From Halopseudomonas xinjiangensis (GTDB lineage: Bacteria; Pseudomonadota; Gammaproteobacteria; Pseudomonadales; Pseudomonadaceae): a stretch of DNA of 64,000 nucleotides. The translations under genes were made by a program, and so were the position numbers. The notes beneath the pieces are model-generated. The model was not told where the DNA came from, made no database searches, and worked only from the letters and a program-made list of their open reading frames with translations. Of this stretch, positions 1 through 9,439 are shown piece after piece (positions within the stretch are counted from its first letter, which is position 1; the number at the start of each line of letters is the position of its first letter). The stretch spans positions 8,112-72,111 of the forward strand of contig DRFO01000015.1 in NCBI GenBank assembly GCA_011050525.1. The letters are read 5' to 3'.

Positions 1-49
1 GTACCTCGGCGAAAAGAGTGCCGAGGCAGAGCCGGTCGCACCCGGGACC

Positions 50-2155
50 ATGTACACCTGCCCGATGCATCCCGAGATCCGTCAGCAAGGCCCCGGTGAT
101 TGTCCCATCTGCGGCATGGGCCTGGAGCCTGAAGAAGTCAGTCTGAATGACGGGCCCTCCGCAGAACTCACTGATATGACACACCGATTCTGGATCGGTC
201 TTGTATTAACGCTTCCGGTATTTCTGCTTGAGATGGGCGGTCACCTGACGGGGCTTGATCACATAGTGTCGCCGCAGATATCCAACTGGATTCAATTGCT
301 ACTGGCCACCCCGGTAGTGGTTTATTGCGGCTGGCCTTTCTTCGTTCGGGGCTGGAAATCTGTCCTCAGCCGTAACCTGAACATGTTCACGCTGATATCC
401 ATCGGTACCGGCGTTGCACTGTTTTATAGCCTGGTCGCAACATTGATGCCGCAGATTTTCCCCGGCGCCTTCCGCCAGGACGATGGCTCGGTCGCTGTGT
501 ATTTTGAGGCCGCGGCCGTTATCGTGGTGCTGGTGTTACTCGGACAGGTTCTGGAGCTGCGTGCTCGAGAGAAAACCTCTGGCGCCATCAAGGCCTTGCT
601 TGATCTCGCGCCAGCAAACGCCAGAAAGCTGTCCGATGACGGTGACGAGTCCGATGTGCCCCTTGAACAGATAAAGGTCGGCGACCGCCTCCGGGTGCGC
701 CCCGGCGACAAGGTACCACTGGATGGTGAAGTCCTTGAAGGCAGCTCCAATGTAGATGAATCCATGGTAACCGGAGAGCCTTTGGCGGTCAGCAAAAAGG
801 CCGGCGCCCAGGTGGTTGGCGGCAGCATCAACCAGCAGGGCAGTTTCATCATGCGCGCCGACAAAGTAGGTCGCGACACCATGCTTTCCCAAATTGTGCA
901 AATGGTGGCAAACGCCCAGCGCAGTCGTGCGCCGATTCAGGGTCTGGCAGATAAAGTAGCCGGTTGGTTCGTGCCGGCGGTCATCGTCATCGCCGTTATT
1001 GCGTTTGTCGTCTGGTCAATATACGGACCCACGCCACCCATGGCTTTTGGGCTGATTGCTGCAGTGAGTGTATTGATCATTGCCTGCCCCTGTGCCCTCG
1101 GCTTGGCAACCCCCATGTCGATCATGGTGGGTGTTGGCCGTGGCGCTCAGATGGGAGTGCTGATCCGTGACGCGGAAGCGCTTGAGCGCATGGAGAAAGT
1201 AGATACGGTCGTGGTGGATAAAACCGGCACCCTAACGGAGGGCAAGCCGCAGGTGACCCGGCTGGTGCCCGCAGACGGCTTCAGTGAAGAGGATCTGATG
1301 CGCTACGCCGCTGGTCTCGAAAAGGGCAGTGAGCATCCGCTGGCGCATGCCATTCTCGAGAAAGCCAAGGCGTTGAAGCTAACACTCTCCGATGCCGAAG
1401 ACTTCGACTCCCCAAATGGCAAAGGGGTGACCGGCAAGATCGATGGCAAACGGGTCCTGCTCGGCAATCGGCTGCTAATGGAGTCTGAGAATGTCGATAC
1501 TTCCGCTTTCGACAAAGAGGCAGACGAGCTGCGCAAGGATGGTGCTACGGTGATTTTCGCCGCAGTGGACGGGAAGATCTGCGGGTTACTTGCGATCGCT
1601 GATCCGGTCAAAGAGACCACCGCAACGGCTATTGCCGCATTACAAAATGAGGGCGTTCGCGTGGTCATGCTGACCGGCGACAATCGCATCTCCGCCGAGG
1701 CAGTAGCCCGCAAACTCCACATTGATGAGGTAGAAGCGGAAGTGCTTCCCGAAGACAAGGGCAAGATCGTCCAGCGTCTCAGGGATGAAGGCCGTATTGT
1801 CGCTATGGCCGGCGATGGTGTGAACGATGCCCCCGCCCTGGCGACAGCAGATGTCGGTATCGCCATGGGCACCGGTACCGATGTAGCTATCGAAAGCTCG
1901 GGCATTACGCTGCTGCGCGGTGATCTGATGGGGATTGTTGAAGCACGGACGTTGTCGCGCGCTACGATGCGCAATATTCGGCAAAACCTGTTTTTCGCCT
2001 TCATTTACAACGCTGCAGGAATACCTATTGCGGCGGGACTTCTGTACCCATTTACCGGCATTCTGCTATCGCCGATCATCGCCGCCGCGGCTATGTCGTT
2101 GTCTTCGGTCAGCGTGATCACCAATGCCTTACGACTGAGGGTTATCAAGCTGTAA
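50..2155 (+). CDS. copA: Copper-translocating P1B-type ATPase; the 5' end may lie upstream of the window
   Basis: 701-aa ORF with a CPC motif ([12 protein letters not shown]), [15 protein letters not shown] and TGEP (MVTGEP). The N-terminus has a Cys-rich module, YTCPMHPE...CPICGM. The frame stays open back to nt 2. Confidence 0.9.
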   Translation: MYTCPMHPEIRQQGPGDCPICGMGLEPEEVSLNDGPSAELTDMTHRFWIGLVLTLPVFLLEMGGHLTGLDHIVSPQISNWIQLLLATPVVVYCGWPFFVRGWKSVLSRNLNMFTLISIGTGVALFYSLVATLMPQIFPGAFRQDDGSVAVYFEAAAVIVVLVLLGQVLELRAREKTSGAIKALLDLAPANARKLSDDGDESDVPLEQIKVGDRLRVRPGDKVPLDGEVLEGSSNVDESMVTGEPLAVSKKAGAQVVGGSINQQGSFIMRADKVGRDTMLSQIVQMVANAQRSRAPIQGLADKVAGWFVPAVIVIAVIAFVVWSIYGPTPPMAFGLIAAVSVLIIACPCALGLATPMSIMVGVGRGAQMGVLIRDAEALERMEKVDTVVVDKTGTLTEGKPQVTRLVPADGFSEEDLMRYAAGLEKGSEHPLAHAILEKAKALKLTLSDAEDFDSPNGKGVTGKIDGKRVLLGNRLLMESENVDTSAFDKEADELRKDGATVIFAAVDGKICGLLAIADPVKETTATAIAALQNEGVRVVMLTGDNRISAEAVARKLHIDEVEAEVLPEDKGKIVQRLRDEGRIVAMAGDGVNDAPALATADVGIAMGTGTDVAIESSGITLLRGDLMGIVEARTLSRATMRNIRQNLFFAFIYNAAGIPIAAGLLYPFTGILLSPIIAAAAMSLSSVSVITNALRLRVIKL

Positions 2156-2179
2156 GCAAAGACCAGCGATGCCCCGTCA

Positions 2180-2226
2180 GTGGAGCCTCGGAGAAAACTT
2201 ATAACTCAGTTTTCCTTAGGCTCCAC
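2180..2226 (+). terminator. Long imperfect hairpin downstream of copA with no U-tract
   Basis: GTGGAGCCT (2180-2188) pairs with AGGCTCCAC (2218-2226). An inner stem pairs GAAAACT (2193-2199) with AGTTTTC (2208-2214). Confidence 0.35.
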
Positions 2227-2443
2227 ATTATCCAAAGACAACTCCAAGAAAAATCGGGTGACTCACTGCGCTGAAGAACAACAGGCTGTCCCACCATGGG
2301 CATTTGCAATCGATAAGGTTATAGCCAAACCCAACCCAGCGCTGCCAGCACTGAATCGCTCCTGCTTTTGTAGACGTCCTGTGACCGCTTTTGGCCGGAA
2401 GCCGCCTGTGACGAGCGACTACTTCTGGCCGTAAGCGGCAGTT

Positions 2444-3691
2444 TTACCCGACCTGAACTACCTTGGGTTCGCTAGCAGCCACAACTGACCGGCTTCCAGT
2501 CGCTGCCTTGTTGATGTGGTCGCTCCACCACTCCATCATCGAGCGCCGGCGATCAACATAGTCGGCTCGGTTGTAGGCGGCACGAACTTCGTTTTTGTCG
2601 ACATGCGCCAGAGCCACCTCAATCAGCTCGGGGTCAAAACCCTCCTCATTGAGAATCGTGCTCGCCACCGAGCGCATGCCATGACTGACCAAGCGACCGG
2701 CGAAGCCCATGCGCTTCAGTGCCATGTTGGCCGTCTGGCTGTTGCAGTGGGTGCGAGGATTGCGGTCGGCGGGGAAAACGAACTCTCTGTGGCCGCTATA
2801 GGGCTCAACGGTTTCCAGGATTGCCAATACATGATCGGTAAGCGGCACAATGTGAGGACGACGCTTTTTCATGCGTTCTGCGGGGATAATCCAGATTTTC
2901 TTCTTAAAGTCGATATCGGCCCATCGCGTCGTAGCTGCTTCAACGGGTCGGGTCATGGTGTGTAGTTGCCATTCGATCAAGGCGCGAGTTGTACGTTTGA
3001 TGCTGGCATTGGAGATGGCAATCATAAGTTCAGGAAGTTCGTCCGGACTTAACGCTGCCATGTTCTGTTTTTTTGGCTTTTTGAAAACGGCTCGAATCCC
3101 GCTTAGTGGGTTAGCCTGGATCAAGCCGGAATTGACGGCATACGTTAGGATCTCATTTAGGCGCTGAGATAGGCGCTTAACCGTTTCTAGGCTGCCTTTG
3201 GTTTCAATTGGACGCAGAAGCTCGATCACTTTGGGGGCTGTGATGCTGGAGATCTGAGTATCGCCAAGGTCTGGAAAGACATGGAGAGTTAATGAACGCC
3301 AGATGTCCTCTGCGTAAGCCGGTGTAACGCCTTCCTTTTTGAGTTCAAACCAAGCTTCGGCTACTTTTCTCAGAGTGTGCTCGCTGGCAGCGCGTTGCTG
3401 CTGCCTGGCACCGTCCCTGTGCTCTTTTGGGTCAATTCCCTGGGCAATGAGTTGCCTGGCGTCAATGGTCAGCTTTCGGGCTTGCGCTAGCGATGTCTCG
3501 GGGTAGGCACCTAACCCCATATTCAGCCGCTTCTTGGTCACTGGATGGTAATAGTTAAAGTTCCATAACTTAGAGCCATTGCTTCTCACTCGCATCTGAA
3601 GGCCGTCCCCGTCCCCTAGGACGTAGTCCGTCCTTGAGGGGGCAGCATTTTTGAGCTTGGTTTCCGTGAGACGTACGGCTTTGCCACTCAT
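2444..3691 (-). CDS. int: Tyrosine recombinase, P4-type integrase
   Basis: The ORF runs 2444..3733, but the likelier start is the ATG at 3691 (MSGKAVRLTETKLKNA...). The N-terminus looks like a DUF4102-type arm-binding region (DGLQMRVRSNGSKLWNFNYY). The C-terminal catalytic region shows HGMR and a terminal Tyr (AAYNRADY). The gene abuts ssrA. Confidence 0.9.
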   Translation of the reverse strand: MSGKAVRLTETKLKNAAPSRTDYVLGDGDGLQMRVRSNGSKLWNFNYYHPVTKKRLNMGLGAYPETSLAQARKLTIDARQLIAQGIDPKEHRDGARQQQRAASEHTLRKVAEAWFELKKEGVTPAYAEDIWRSLTLHVFPDLGDTQISSITAPKVIELLRPIETKGSLETVKRLSQRLNEILTYAVNSGLIQANPLSGIRAVFKKPKKQNMAALSPDELPELMIAISNASIKRTTRALIEWQLHTMTRPVEAATTRWADIDFKKKIWIIPAERMKKRRPHIVPLTDHVLAILETVEPYSGHREFVFPADRNPRTHCNSQTANMALKRMGFAGRLVSHGMRSVASTILNEEGFDPELIEVALAHVDKNEVRAAYNRADYVDRRRSMMEWWSDHINKAATGSRSVVAASEPKVVQVG

Positions 3692-3693
3692 TT

Positions 3694-3764
3694 TGGTATT
3701 CCATGGCTGTTTTGGTATTCCAAAAAATACCATGTGAATGCTTGGAATACCATTTGGAATACCA
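3694..3764. repeat. Four copies of a 10-mer, two direct then two inverted, spanning the int 5' region
   Basis: TGGTATTCCA occurs at 3694-3703 and 3713-3722. Its complement TGGAATACCA occurs at 3743-3752 and 3755-3764. Confidence 0.8.
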
Positions 3765-3782
3765 TAAGTCGTGGCTTCCCAT

Positions 3783-3861
3783 GGACGTTGGTGGACGTGT
3801 ATGAACCGTAAGTCATTGAATTTGCTTTATTTCAGGCACAAAAAAGGACGTCCGTGGACGC
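3783..3861. repeat. Two copies of GGACGT-NN-GTGGACG between int and the ssrA 3' end
   Basis: GGACGTTGGTGGACG lies at 3783-3797 and GGACGTCCGTGGACG at 3846-3860. They may be arm-type or accessory-factor sites. Confidence 0.6.
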
Positions 3862-3876
3862 CCTTAGATGTATATT

Positions 3877-4263
3877 TGGTGGAGCCGGGGGGATTTGAAC
3901 CCCCGTCCGCCAGTCCTCCGCTCTCGGATCTACATGCTTAGCCGTGTCTACTGAATTAACCCTAGGCCGCCCGACGGGCAGGGTGCTTTGGGCGAGTCGT
4001 GTAATGTTTAGTCGCTTCGTCCACGACGTACTAGGCGACGATTCTGTTCTATATGACAATCATTTCAGGTTTACAGACATCCCCTAATGATTGCTGGAGC
4101 CGAAGCTACCAGAAGTGCGACTAGGCTGCTTACGCAGCTAGTTGGGCACCGTAATTGTCATCATTGGCAATTATAGAGTTTGCAACAGTGGATTTACGAG
4201 TTCTGTTACCAACTCGGCATGCCCCTAAAGTTTTGCAACCGGCGTCGAATCCTAATCAGCCCC
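3877..4263 (-). ncRNA. ssrA: tmRNA (SsrA)
   Basis: The minus strand reads 5' GGGGCTGATTAGGATTCGACG ... CGGGGGTTCAAATCCCCCCGGCTCCACCA 3'. The tag ORF GCC AAT GAT GAC AAT TAC GGT GCC CAA CTA GCT GCG TAA (4168..4130) encodes ANDDNYGAQLAA. The gene lies downstream of smpB. Confidence 0.95.
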
Positions 4264-4446
4264 AAAACCATGGTGCGATGTTACAAAAATGATTGTACTG
4301 CAAAACGCCTACTTTGACACGAAGGAATCATGTTACTAAAAAATACTCCGCAGGTCGGGGCGGAGGTCGATCATCAAGCTTGAGCGAGTCGGTTATGTTT
4401 CCGGCCCCTCGATAAATCAACGATGGAAGGCAATCGATAATTCATT

Positions 4447-4929
4447 CTAGCGATTGTTATCCCGTACTATGCGCTGTTTCTCGCGTGCCCAGTCACGTTC
4501 TTTCTCTGTCTCGCGCTTGTCAAAATCCTTTTTGCCTCGTACTAGCGCAATTTCACATTTGACCAGATGCTTTTTCCAGTACAGCGCGAGGGGCACACAG
4601 CTAAACCCTTTTTGCTGAACTCCGCCCAGCAGCTTGTCGAGCTCCCGAGCCTTTAGCAGCAGTTTTCGCGTCCTTGTTGGATCAGCTATGACATGAGTGC
4701 TGGCAGTCGTTAGCGGAGTGATGTGACCGCCCAACAAAAACGCTTCGCCATCCTTGAGAAGGATGTAGCTGTCCACCAGTTGCGCCTTGCCGGCACGAAG
4801 ACTTTTTACCTCCCAGCCGGTCAGGGCGATGCCCGCTTCGAAGCGATCTTCTACAAAATATTCATGTTTGGCTTTTTTGTTCAGCGCTATGGTGCCGCTG
4901 TTAGCCTGGGCTTTCTTTTGGTTGCTCAT
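4447..4929 (-). CDS. smpB: SsrA-binding protein SmpB
   Basis: 160 aa containing [11 protein letters not shown] and [21 protein letters not shown] motifs; adjacent to ssrA. Confidence 0.95.
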   Translation of the reverse strand: MSNQKKAQANSGTIALNKKAKHEYFVEDRFEAGIALTGWEVKSLRAGKAQLVDSYILLKDGEAFLLGGHITPLTTASTHVIADPTRTRKLLLKARELDKLLGGVQQKGFSCVPLALYWKKHLVKCEIALVRGKKDFDKRETEKERDWAREKQRIVRDNNR

Positions 4930-5062
4930 AGGGCCACATTATAGGGTCTCAGTTGTGGTTCGGCTATCGCCATGATGGCCCAGACCTTGTCGCAGCGGGT
5001 GGTAATCTGGACAATGCATTACTTAAACGGGCGCTCCTTCGAACTGATCAAATGAAGAATTC

Positions 5063-5497
5063 ATGACTCACATACAACGTTCTGCGCTGTTGCCTTATTC
5101 TGCGCTGCGTCTATACGATCTCGTTAACAGGGTCGAGCGCTACCCGGAATTCCTGCCCTGGTGCGCAAATGCCGAGGTTCTGAGAGAGACCGAGCATTTG
5201 ATGGAGGCACGTCTCTCTGTTGCCAAGGCAGGGCTTTCTCAGTCGTTCACGACGTTAAATAGCCTGACACCGGGCGAGCGTATCGAGATGCGTCTTGAGG
5301 ACGGGCCGTTCAGCGAATTGCACGGCATCTGGGAATTCAAGGTGCTCAGCGAGGAAGCCTGCAAGATTAGCCTTGATCTGCATTTCAGTTATGCCGGGCC
5401 GGTAGTCAAAGCGACGCTTGGCCCGCTCTTTAATCATGCAGCCAATACGCTGGTTGAGGCGTTCTGTCAGCGCGCGAAGGAACTCTATGGTAGATAA
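5063..5497 (+). CDS. ratA: SRPBCC-fold protein of the RatA/YfjG (CoQ-binding COQ10-like) family
   Basis: 144 aa in the conserved position divergent from smpB and upstream of rnfH; contains the motif YPEFLPWC. Confidence 0.8.
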   Translation: MTHIQRSALLPYSALRLYDLVNRVERYPEFLPWCANAEVLRETEHLMEARLSVAKAGLSQSFTTLNSLTPGERIEMRLEDGPFSELHGIWEFKVLSEEACKISLDLHFSYAGPVVKATLGPLFNHAANTLVEAFCQRAKELYGR

Positions 5498-5498
5498 A

Positions 5499-5813
5499 AT
5501 GATTTCAGTTGAAGTGGCCTACGCGCTGCCGCATAAACAGAAGATAGTCAGTCTGACTGTGCCGGAAGGCACGACGGCGTTGGGAGCGGTAACACTGTCG
5601 CGCATTGCGGACCATTTTCCTGAACTTGATCCAGGCAGCAGCGCTATGGGGATATTCGGCAAGTCGGTGCCTAAGCCGGACGAAAGAGTGCTGGGCGCCG
5701 GGGAGCGCGTGGAAATCTATCGAGCTTTGATAGCGGACCCGAAGGAAGTGCGCAAGCAGCGCGCCGCGAAAGCCAAGGCAGCCAAGAGCGAGGAAGACGA
5801 GGGGAAGGACTAG
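5499..5813 (+). CDS. rnfH: RnfH family (UPF0125) ubiquitin-like protein
   Basis: The track ORF 5418..5813 overlaps ratA. The ATG at 5499, one nt after the ratA stop, gives MISVEVAYALPHKQ..., a typical RnfH N-terminus. Confidence 0.8.
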   Translation: MISVEVAYALPHKQKIVSLTVPEGTTALGAVTLSRIADHFPELDPGSSAMGIFGKSVPKPDERVLGAGERVEIYRALIADPKEVRKQRAAKAKAAKSEEDEGKD

Positions 5814-5872
5814 TTGCCGGGACGGCACGTCTAATCTCTTGCTCCAAAAACAGTCGCCTGCCTGAACGGTCG

Positions 5873-5894
5873 GCGCGCTCCAGGCGGAGCGCGC
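5873..5894. terminator. GC-rich hairpin between convergent rnfH and bamE
   Basis: GCGCGCTCC (5873-5881), AGGC loop, GGAGCGCGC (5886-5894). The U-tracts are weak. Confidence 0.45.
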
Positions 5895-5903
5895 GTAGTA
5901 AAA

Positions 5904-6338
5904 TTACTCGCCGGTGCCCAGCGGGGCGCCTAAATCAACCGGATAGCTTTCGATAGTGGGCGCTTCTGTCGTCTCGCTGCCCATGATGGCTTCGTCGCGG
6001 CTGGTGCCTGGAACGAAGTCACCTGCCAGGCCTACTAGCAAATCGTCTTCGAACATCAGGCTTACACGCTCCTGGGTGCGCTCCTGGTGTCCGGTCTTCA
6101 TACTGTAAAGGTAATCCCAGCGGTTCGGCGCGAAGGTGTCCTGAACCAGAGGAGTGCCCATAATGAATCGGACCTGGCGTGTGGTCATGCCAGGACGTAA
6201 CTGGTCTATCATCTCCTGTGTGATGACGTTACCTTGTTGCACGTCAATCTTGTATACACCGGGGAATCCGCAGCCCGCTAGGCTTAAGGCTAAGGTACAT
6301 AACATGATACATAGGATTCGGTTCAGACTGTTTGGCAT
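5904..6338 (-). CDS. bamE: Outer membrane protein assembly factor BamE (SmpA/OmlA lipoprotein)
   Basis: The internal ATG at 6338 gives [23 protein letters not shown], which has a lipobox (LAGC), followed by [20 protein letters not shown]. Confidence 0.9.
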   Translation of the reverse strand: MPNSLNRILCIMLCTLALSLAGCGFPGVYKIDVQQGNVITQEMIDQLRPGMTTRQVRFIMGTPLVQDTFAPNRWDYLYSMKTGHQERTQERVSLMFEDDLLVGLAGDFVPGTSRDEAIMGSETTEAPTIESYPVDLGAPLGTGE

Positions 6339-6431
6339 CGCGTGGTAACATCCACTATCGTGATTGGCTGAATGGCCTTGAATCATACCCGACAGATCCC
6401 GCCCTGCGAAGCGCTGAACGAGAAACTACTC

Positions 6432-6836
6432 ATGGTTGAAAATCAGGAACTCAGAAAAGCCGGTCTCAAGGTGACGCTACCACGCGTCAAGATACTCCAG
6501 ATGCTGGACAATTCACCCGAGCGCCACATGAGCGCAGAAGACGTCTACAAGGCGCTTATGGAGGCAGGCGAAGATGTTGGCCTGGCTACTGTTTACCGGG
6601 TGCTGACTCAGTTCGAGGCCGCAGGCCTGGTGGTTCGCCATAACTTTGATGGCGGCCACGCCGTATTCGAGCTGGCCGATGGCGACCATCACGACCATAT
6701 GGTCTGTCTGGATACGGGCGAAGTCGTCGAGTTCTTTGATCCCGAGATCGAGCGTCGCCAGCGTGAAGTGGTGAAAGAGCACGGCTTCGAGCTAGTCGAT
6801 CACAACCTGGTCCTCTATGTAAAAAAGCGCGTCTAA
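6432..6836 (+). CDS. fur: Ferric uptake regulator
   Basis: The ATG at 6432 gives MVENQELRKAGLKVTLPRVKILQML. Further motifs are HHDHMVC and VYRVLTQFEAAGLV. Confidence 0.95.
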   Translation: MVENQELRKAGLKVTLPRVKILQMLDNSPERHMSAEDVYKALMEAGEDVGLATVYRVLTQFEAAGLVVRHNFDGGHAVFELADGDHHDHMVCLDTGEVVEFFDPEIERRQREVVKEHGFELVDHNLVLYVKKRV

Positions 6837-6865
6837 TCCAGGTCGATTCGCCGTAGGGTTCCGTC

Positions 6866-6897
6866 AACGCCCTTCTTTGAGAGGGGCGTTTGTTTGT
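6866..6897 (+). terminator. Intrinsic terminator after fur
   Basis: AACGCCCTTC (6866-6875) pairs with GAGGGGCGTT (6881-6890) and is followed by TGTTTGT. Confidence 0.6.
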
Positions 6898-6903
6898 CCG
6901 GAT

Positions 6904-8577
6904 TCAGCTGATCGGTGCCAGCAGCTTGCGGGCATGAGCCAGTGATTCTTCGGTCATGTCGACACCGCCAAGCATTCGCGCTACCTCGTGAACCCGCCCC
7001 CCTTTGTCGAGATTGTCGATGCAGGTTCGCGTAGATTCCGGTGTTTGTTCCTTTCGAACGAAGAGATGCTGGTGTCCCTGTGCGGCGACCTGGGGCAGGT
7101 GAGTCACCGTCAGAACCTGTCCGCGACTACCCAGTTGCCGCAACAGCTGACCGACTATTTCTGCGGTCGGGCCACCAATGCCCACATCTACCTCATCGAA
7201 TACCAGGGTTGGCACCCGAGACGTCTGTGCGGTAATCACCTGAATCCCCAGGCTTATCCGTGATAGCTCGCCGCCAGACGCAACTTTGGCCAGGGGCTTG
7301 GCAGGCTGACCGGGGTTGGCGCTGACCAGAAACTCGACTCCTTCGAATCCGTGCGGGGAATAGCTTTCCGCTTTGTGCTCCGTCAGATTAACCACAATCT
7401 TGCCGCCAGGCATGCCGAGCTGTTGAATCTCGGAAGTTACCGCGTCCGCCAGTTGCTTCGCTGCTTTCTTGCGCGCACCGGATAGCTGGGTCGCCGCCTG
7501 CTTGTAGTGCTCCCGGTAGGCTTGCAATTCCTCCCCGAGTTTTTCGGCGTCGGCATCATGCTGCTGTAAGCTTTCCAGCTCGTCGATGAGTCGCTGCTGT
7601 AGGGCTGGCAGTTCTTCAGGATTGACCTTGTGCTTGCGGGCGAGATCGTAAATGCTTCCCAGGCGCTCTTCTATCTGTTGCTGCCTGGCTGGGTCGGCCT
7701 CAAAGTGATCCAGGTAGCGGGTCAGTTCGCCGACAGCTTCTTCTATCTGAATTTGCGCGCTGGCGAGCATGTTGTTGGCCTCGTCCAGGTTGCGGTTGTT
7801 GACGTTCAGGCTGCCCAGGCGCTGCAGGCTGGCGGTCAAGGCCTGGAGGGCGCTGCCGCTATCGTTCTCGCTGCACAGGTTGATCACCTGCTGGCAGGAT
7901 TGCATGATCTGTTCTGCGTTCGCCAGTTGCCGCTGTTCGCTTTCAAGCTGCTCCAGCTCGCCATCCTGCAGGCTCAGGCTGTCGAGCTCCTCAAGCTGAT
8001 AAGTCAGCAGCTGAGAGCGTGAGGTCTGCTCGTCACTGTGCTGACTGGCCTGTTGCAGTGCCTGCTCAGTCTGCCTGCAGCGCTGGGCGGCCAGTTGAAC
8101 CTGGCGAGCCAGGTCGCTGGCGGCTGCGAAGTTGTCGAGCAGGCGGCGATGGGTGTCGGTTTTCAGTAGTGACTGGTGTTCGTGCTGGCTATGAATGTCA
8201 ATGAGCATCTCGCCCAGCGCCTTCAGGTCCTGCTGGGGGCTGGGGCTGCCATTGATATAGCCGCGAGATCGCCCTTCAGCTGTGACGACGCGACGCAGGA
8301 TCACCTGTTCCTCCTGACTGCCGAGGTCGCGTTCCTCCAGCCAGGCTCTGGCTTCCGGTATCTGACTTATATCGAAGGTCGCCAGCAAGTCCGCCTTGTC
8401 CGCGCCGGGTCTGACCGCGCCGCTGTCGGCACGGTCTCCGAGGGTCAAGGCCAAGGCATCCAGCATGATCGACTTGCCCGCCCCGGTTTCGCCTGTAATA
8501 ACAGTCATGCCGGCGGCGAGGTCGAGTTCAAGGTGATCGACAATGGCGTAGTTGTTCACCGCAAGATGTACCAGCAT
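6904..8577 (-). CDS. recN: DNA repair protein RecN
   Basis: 557 aa with a Walker A motif (GETGAGKS), a long coiled-coil middle region and a C-terminal SGGELSRISL signature. Confidence 0.95.
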   Translation of the reverse strand: MLVHLAVNNYAIVDHLELDLAAGMTVITGETGAGKSIMLDALALTLGDRADSGAVRPGADKADLLATFDISQIPEARAWLEERDLGSQEEQVILRRVVTAEGRSRGYINGSPSPQQDLKALGEMLIDIHSQHEHQSLLKTDTHRRLLDNFAAASDLARQVQLAAQRCRQTEQALQQASQHSDEQTSRSQLLTYQLEELDSLSLQDGELEQLESEQRQLANAEQIMQSCQQVINLCSENDSGSALQALTASLQRLGSLNVNNRNLDEANNMLASAQIQIEEAVGELTRYLDHFEADPARQQQIEERLGSIYDLARKHKVNPEELPALQQRLIDELESLQQHDADAEKLGEELQAYREHYKQAATQLSGARKKAAKQLADAVTSEIQQLGMPGGKIVVNLTEHKAESYSPHGFEGVEFLVSANPGQPAKPLAKVASGGELSRISLGIQVITAQTSRVPTLVFDEVDVGIGGPTAEIVGQLLRQLGSRGQVLTVTHLPQVAAQGHQHLFVRKEQTPESTRTCIDNLDKGGRVHEVARMLGGVDMTEESLAHARKLLAPIS

Positions 8578-8600
8578 CGCCGTTCTCCAGAAGAATTGGT

Positions 8601-8616
8601 CTGGTTATTTATACAG
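8601..8616. promoter_or_regulatory. LexA (SOS) box upstream of recN
   Basis: CTGGTTATTTATACAG fits CTG-N10-CAG and lies 24 nt upstream of the recN start codon. Confidence 0.75.
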
Positions 8617-8674
8617 TAGTTTGCCTGGCTTCTTCAAGTGCCGGAAATTAGCGGGCAGAGGGGGCCGGTAGCCC

Positions 8675-8702
8675 CTTGAAGCCTCGACGAAAGCCCCCAT
8701 AT
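8675..8702 (+). promoter_or_regulatory. Sigma32 (RpoH) heat-shock promoter of grpE
   Basis: CTTGAA (8675-8680), a 14-nt spacer, then CCCCATAT (8695-8702). Confidence 0.75.
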
Positions 8703-8770
8703 AGAATGCCAGTAACATATTAATCAGGCCGTGAAGGCATTCCGTGTCCTTATTTTGAGAGGAGATTTAG

Positions 8771-9352
8771 ATGGCGGACGAACAGAAACCGGATCTGCAA
8801 GATCAGGAAACCCTTTTCGAGGAGACGCTGGAAGGCGCCCCTGCGGATGATTTGGCTGCCCGGGTCGCTGACCTTGAAGAGCAATTGGCAACCGCACAGG
8901 ATCAGGCACTGCGTGCCGCCGCCGATGTACAGAATGCACGTCGACGCGCCGAACAGGAAATTGAGAAAGCCCACAAATTTGCGCTGGAGCGTTTTGCTGG
9001 GGATCTGCTCCCGCTGCTCGACAGCCTTGAGCGTGGAATGGAATTGTCGGACGCTGATGACCCGGCCATCAAGCCGATGCGTGATGGCATGGAGCTGACG
9101 TTGAAAATGTTCAGTGACACGCTGAGCCGCTTTCAGGTTGTGGCTGTGGATCCCCATGGCGAGCCCTTCAATCCCGAGTTGCACCAGGCTATGGCCATGG
9201 AGGAGCGCGACAGCCTCGAGCCGAACACAGTGATTCGTGTGTTCCAGAAGGGCTACACCCTGAGCGGCCGGCTGCTGCGCCCGGCGATGGTTGTGGTGAG
9301 CAAGGCCCCCTCCGACAAGCCAGCCTCGCCGTCGATTGATGAACAGGCTTGA
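8771..9352 (+). CDS. grpE: Nucleotide exchange factor GrpE
   Basis: 193 aa containing [27 protein letters not shown]; lies upstream of dnaK. Confidence 0.95.
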   Translation: MADEQKPDLQDQETLFEETLEGAPADDLAARVADLEEQLATAQDQALRAAADVQNARRRAEQEIEKAHKFALERFAGDLLPLLDSLERGMELSDADDPAIKPMRDGMELTLKMFSDTLSRFQVVAVDPHGEPFNPELHQAMAMEERDSLEPNTVIRVFQKGYTLSGRLLRPAMVVVSKAPSDKPASPSIDEQA

Positions 9353-9375
9353 AATAATTTTCTATGTCCCCATTT
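9348..9375 (+). promoter_or_regulatory. Sigma32 promoter of dnaK, overlapping the grpE stop codon
   Basis: CTTGAAA (9348-9354), a 13-nt spacer, then CCCCATTT (9368-9375). Confidence 0.75.
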
Positions 9376-9439
9376 AGGGTTCATGAGTAGACAATCCCGC
9401 CGCTGCTCTGACGCGGCAACAGATTCGGAGATATAACAG

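Larger units (their letters stand above)
1..3876. mobile_element. ssrA-associated genomic island, right-hand end only; it continues past the window start
   Basis: A P4-type integrase lies directly downstream of the tmRNA 3' end on the same strand. The visible cargo is a heavy-metal ATPase. Repeat arrays lie between int and ssrA. The left boundary and the att duplicate are not in the window. Confidence 0.55.

Noticed and set aside
2180-2226. GTGGAGCC and GGCTCCAC matches to the tmRNA acceptor end, read as a second att site that would bound a small int-only element.
   Set aside because: Only 8 nt match, which is expected by chance in a 64-kb window. The two copies are simply the arms of a local hairpin.
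2180-2434. An 84-aa ORF between copA and int, as a possible excisionase or cargo gene.
   Set aside because: It has a GTG start inside a hairpin stem, no ribosome-binding site and no recognisable fold or HTH. The region is more likely non-coding.
3832-4059. A 75-aa ORF on the minus strand.
   Set aside because: It lies almost entirely inside the tmRNA gene.
4430-4450. GATAATTCATT, as a Fur-box-like sequence.
   Set aside because: It is only a partial half-site match, and it overlaps the smpB stop codon rather than a promoter.
5063-5813. RatA/RnfH as a mobile toxin-antitoxin pair.
   Set aside because: This is the conserved housekeeping arrangement next to smpB in many gammaproteobacteria. Nothing in the sequence suggests a mobile or addiction module.
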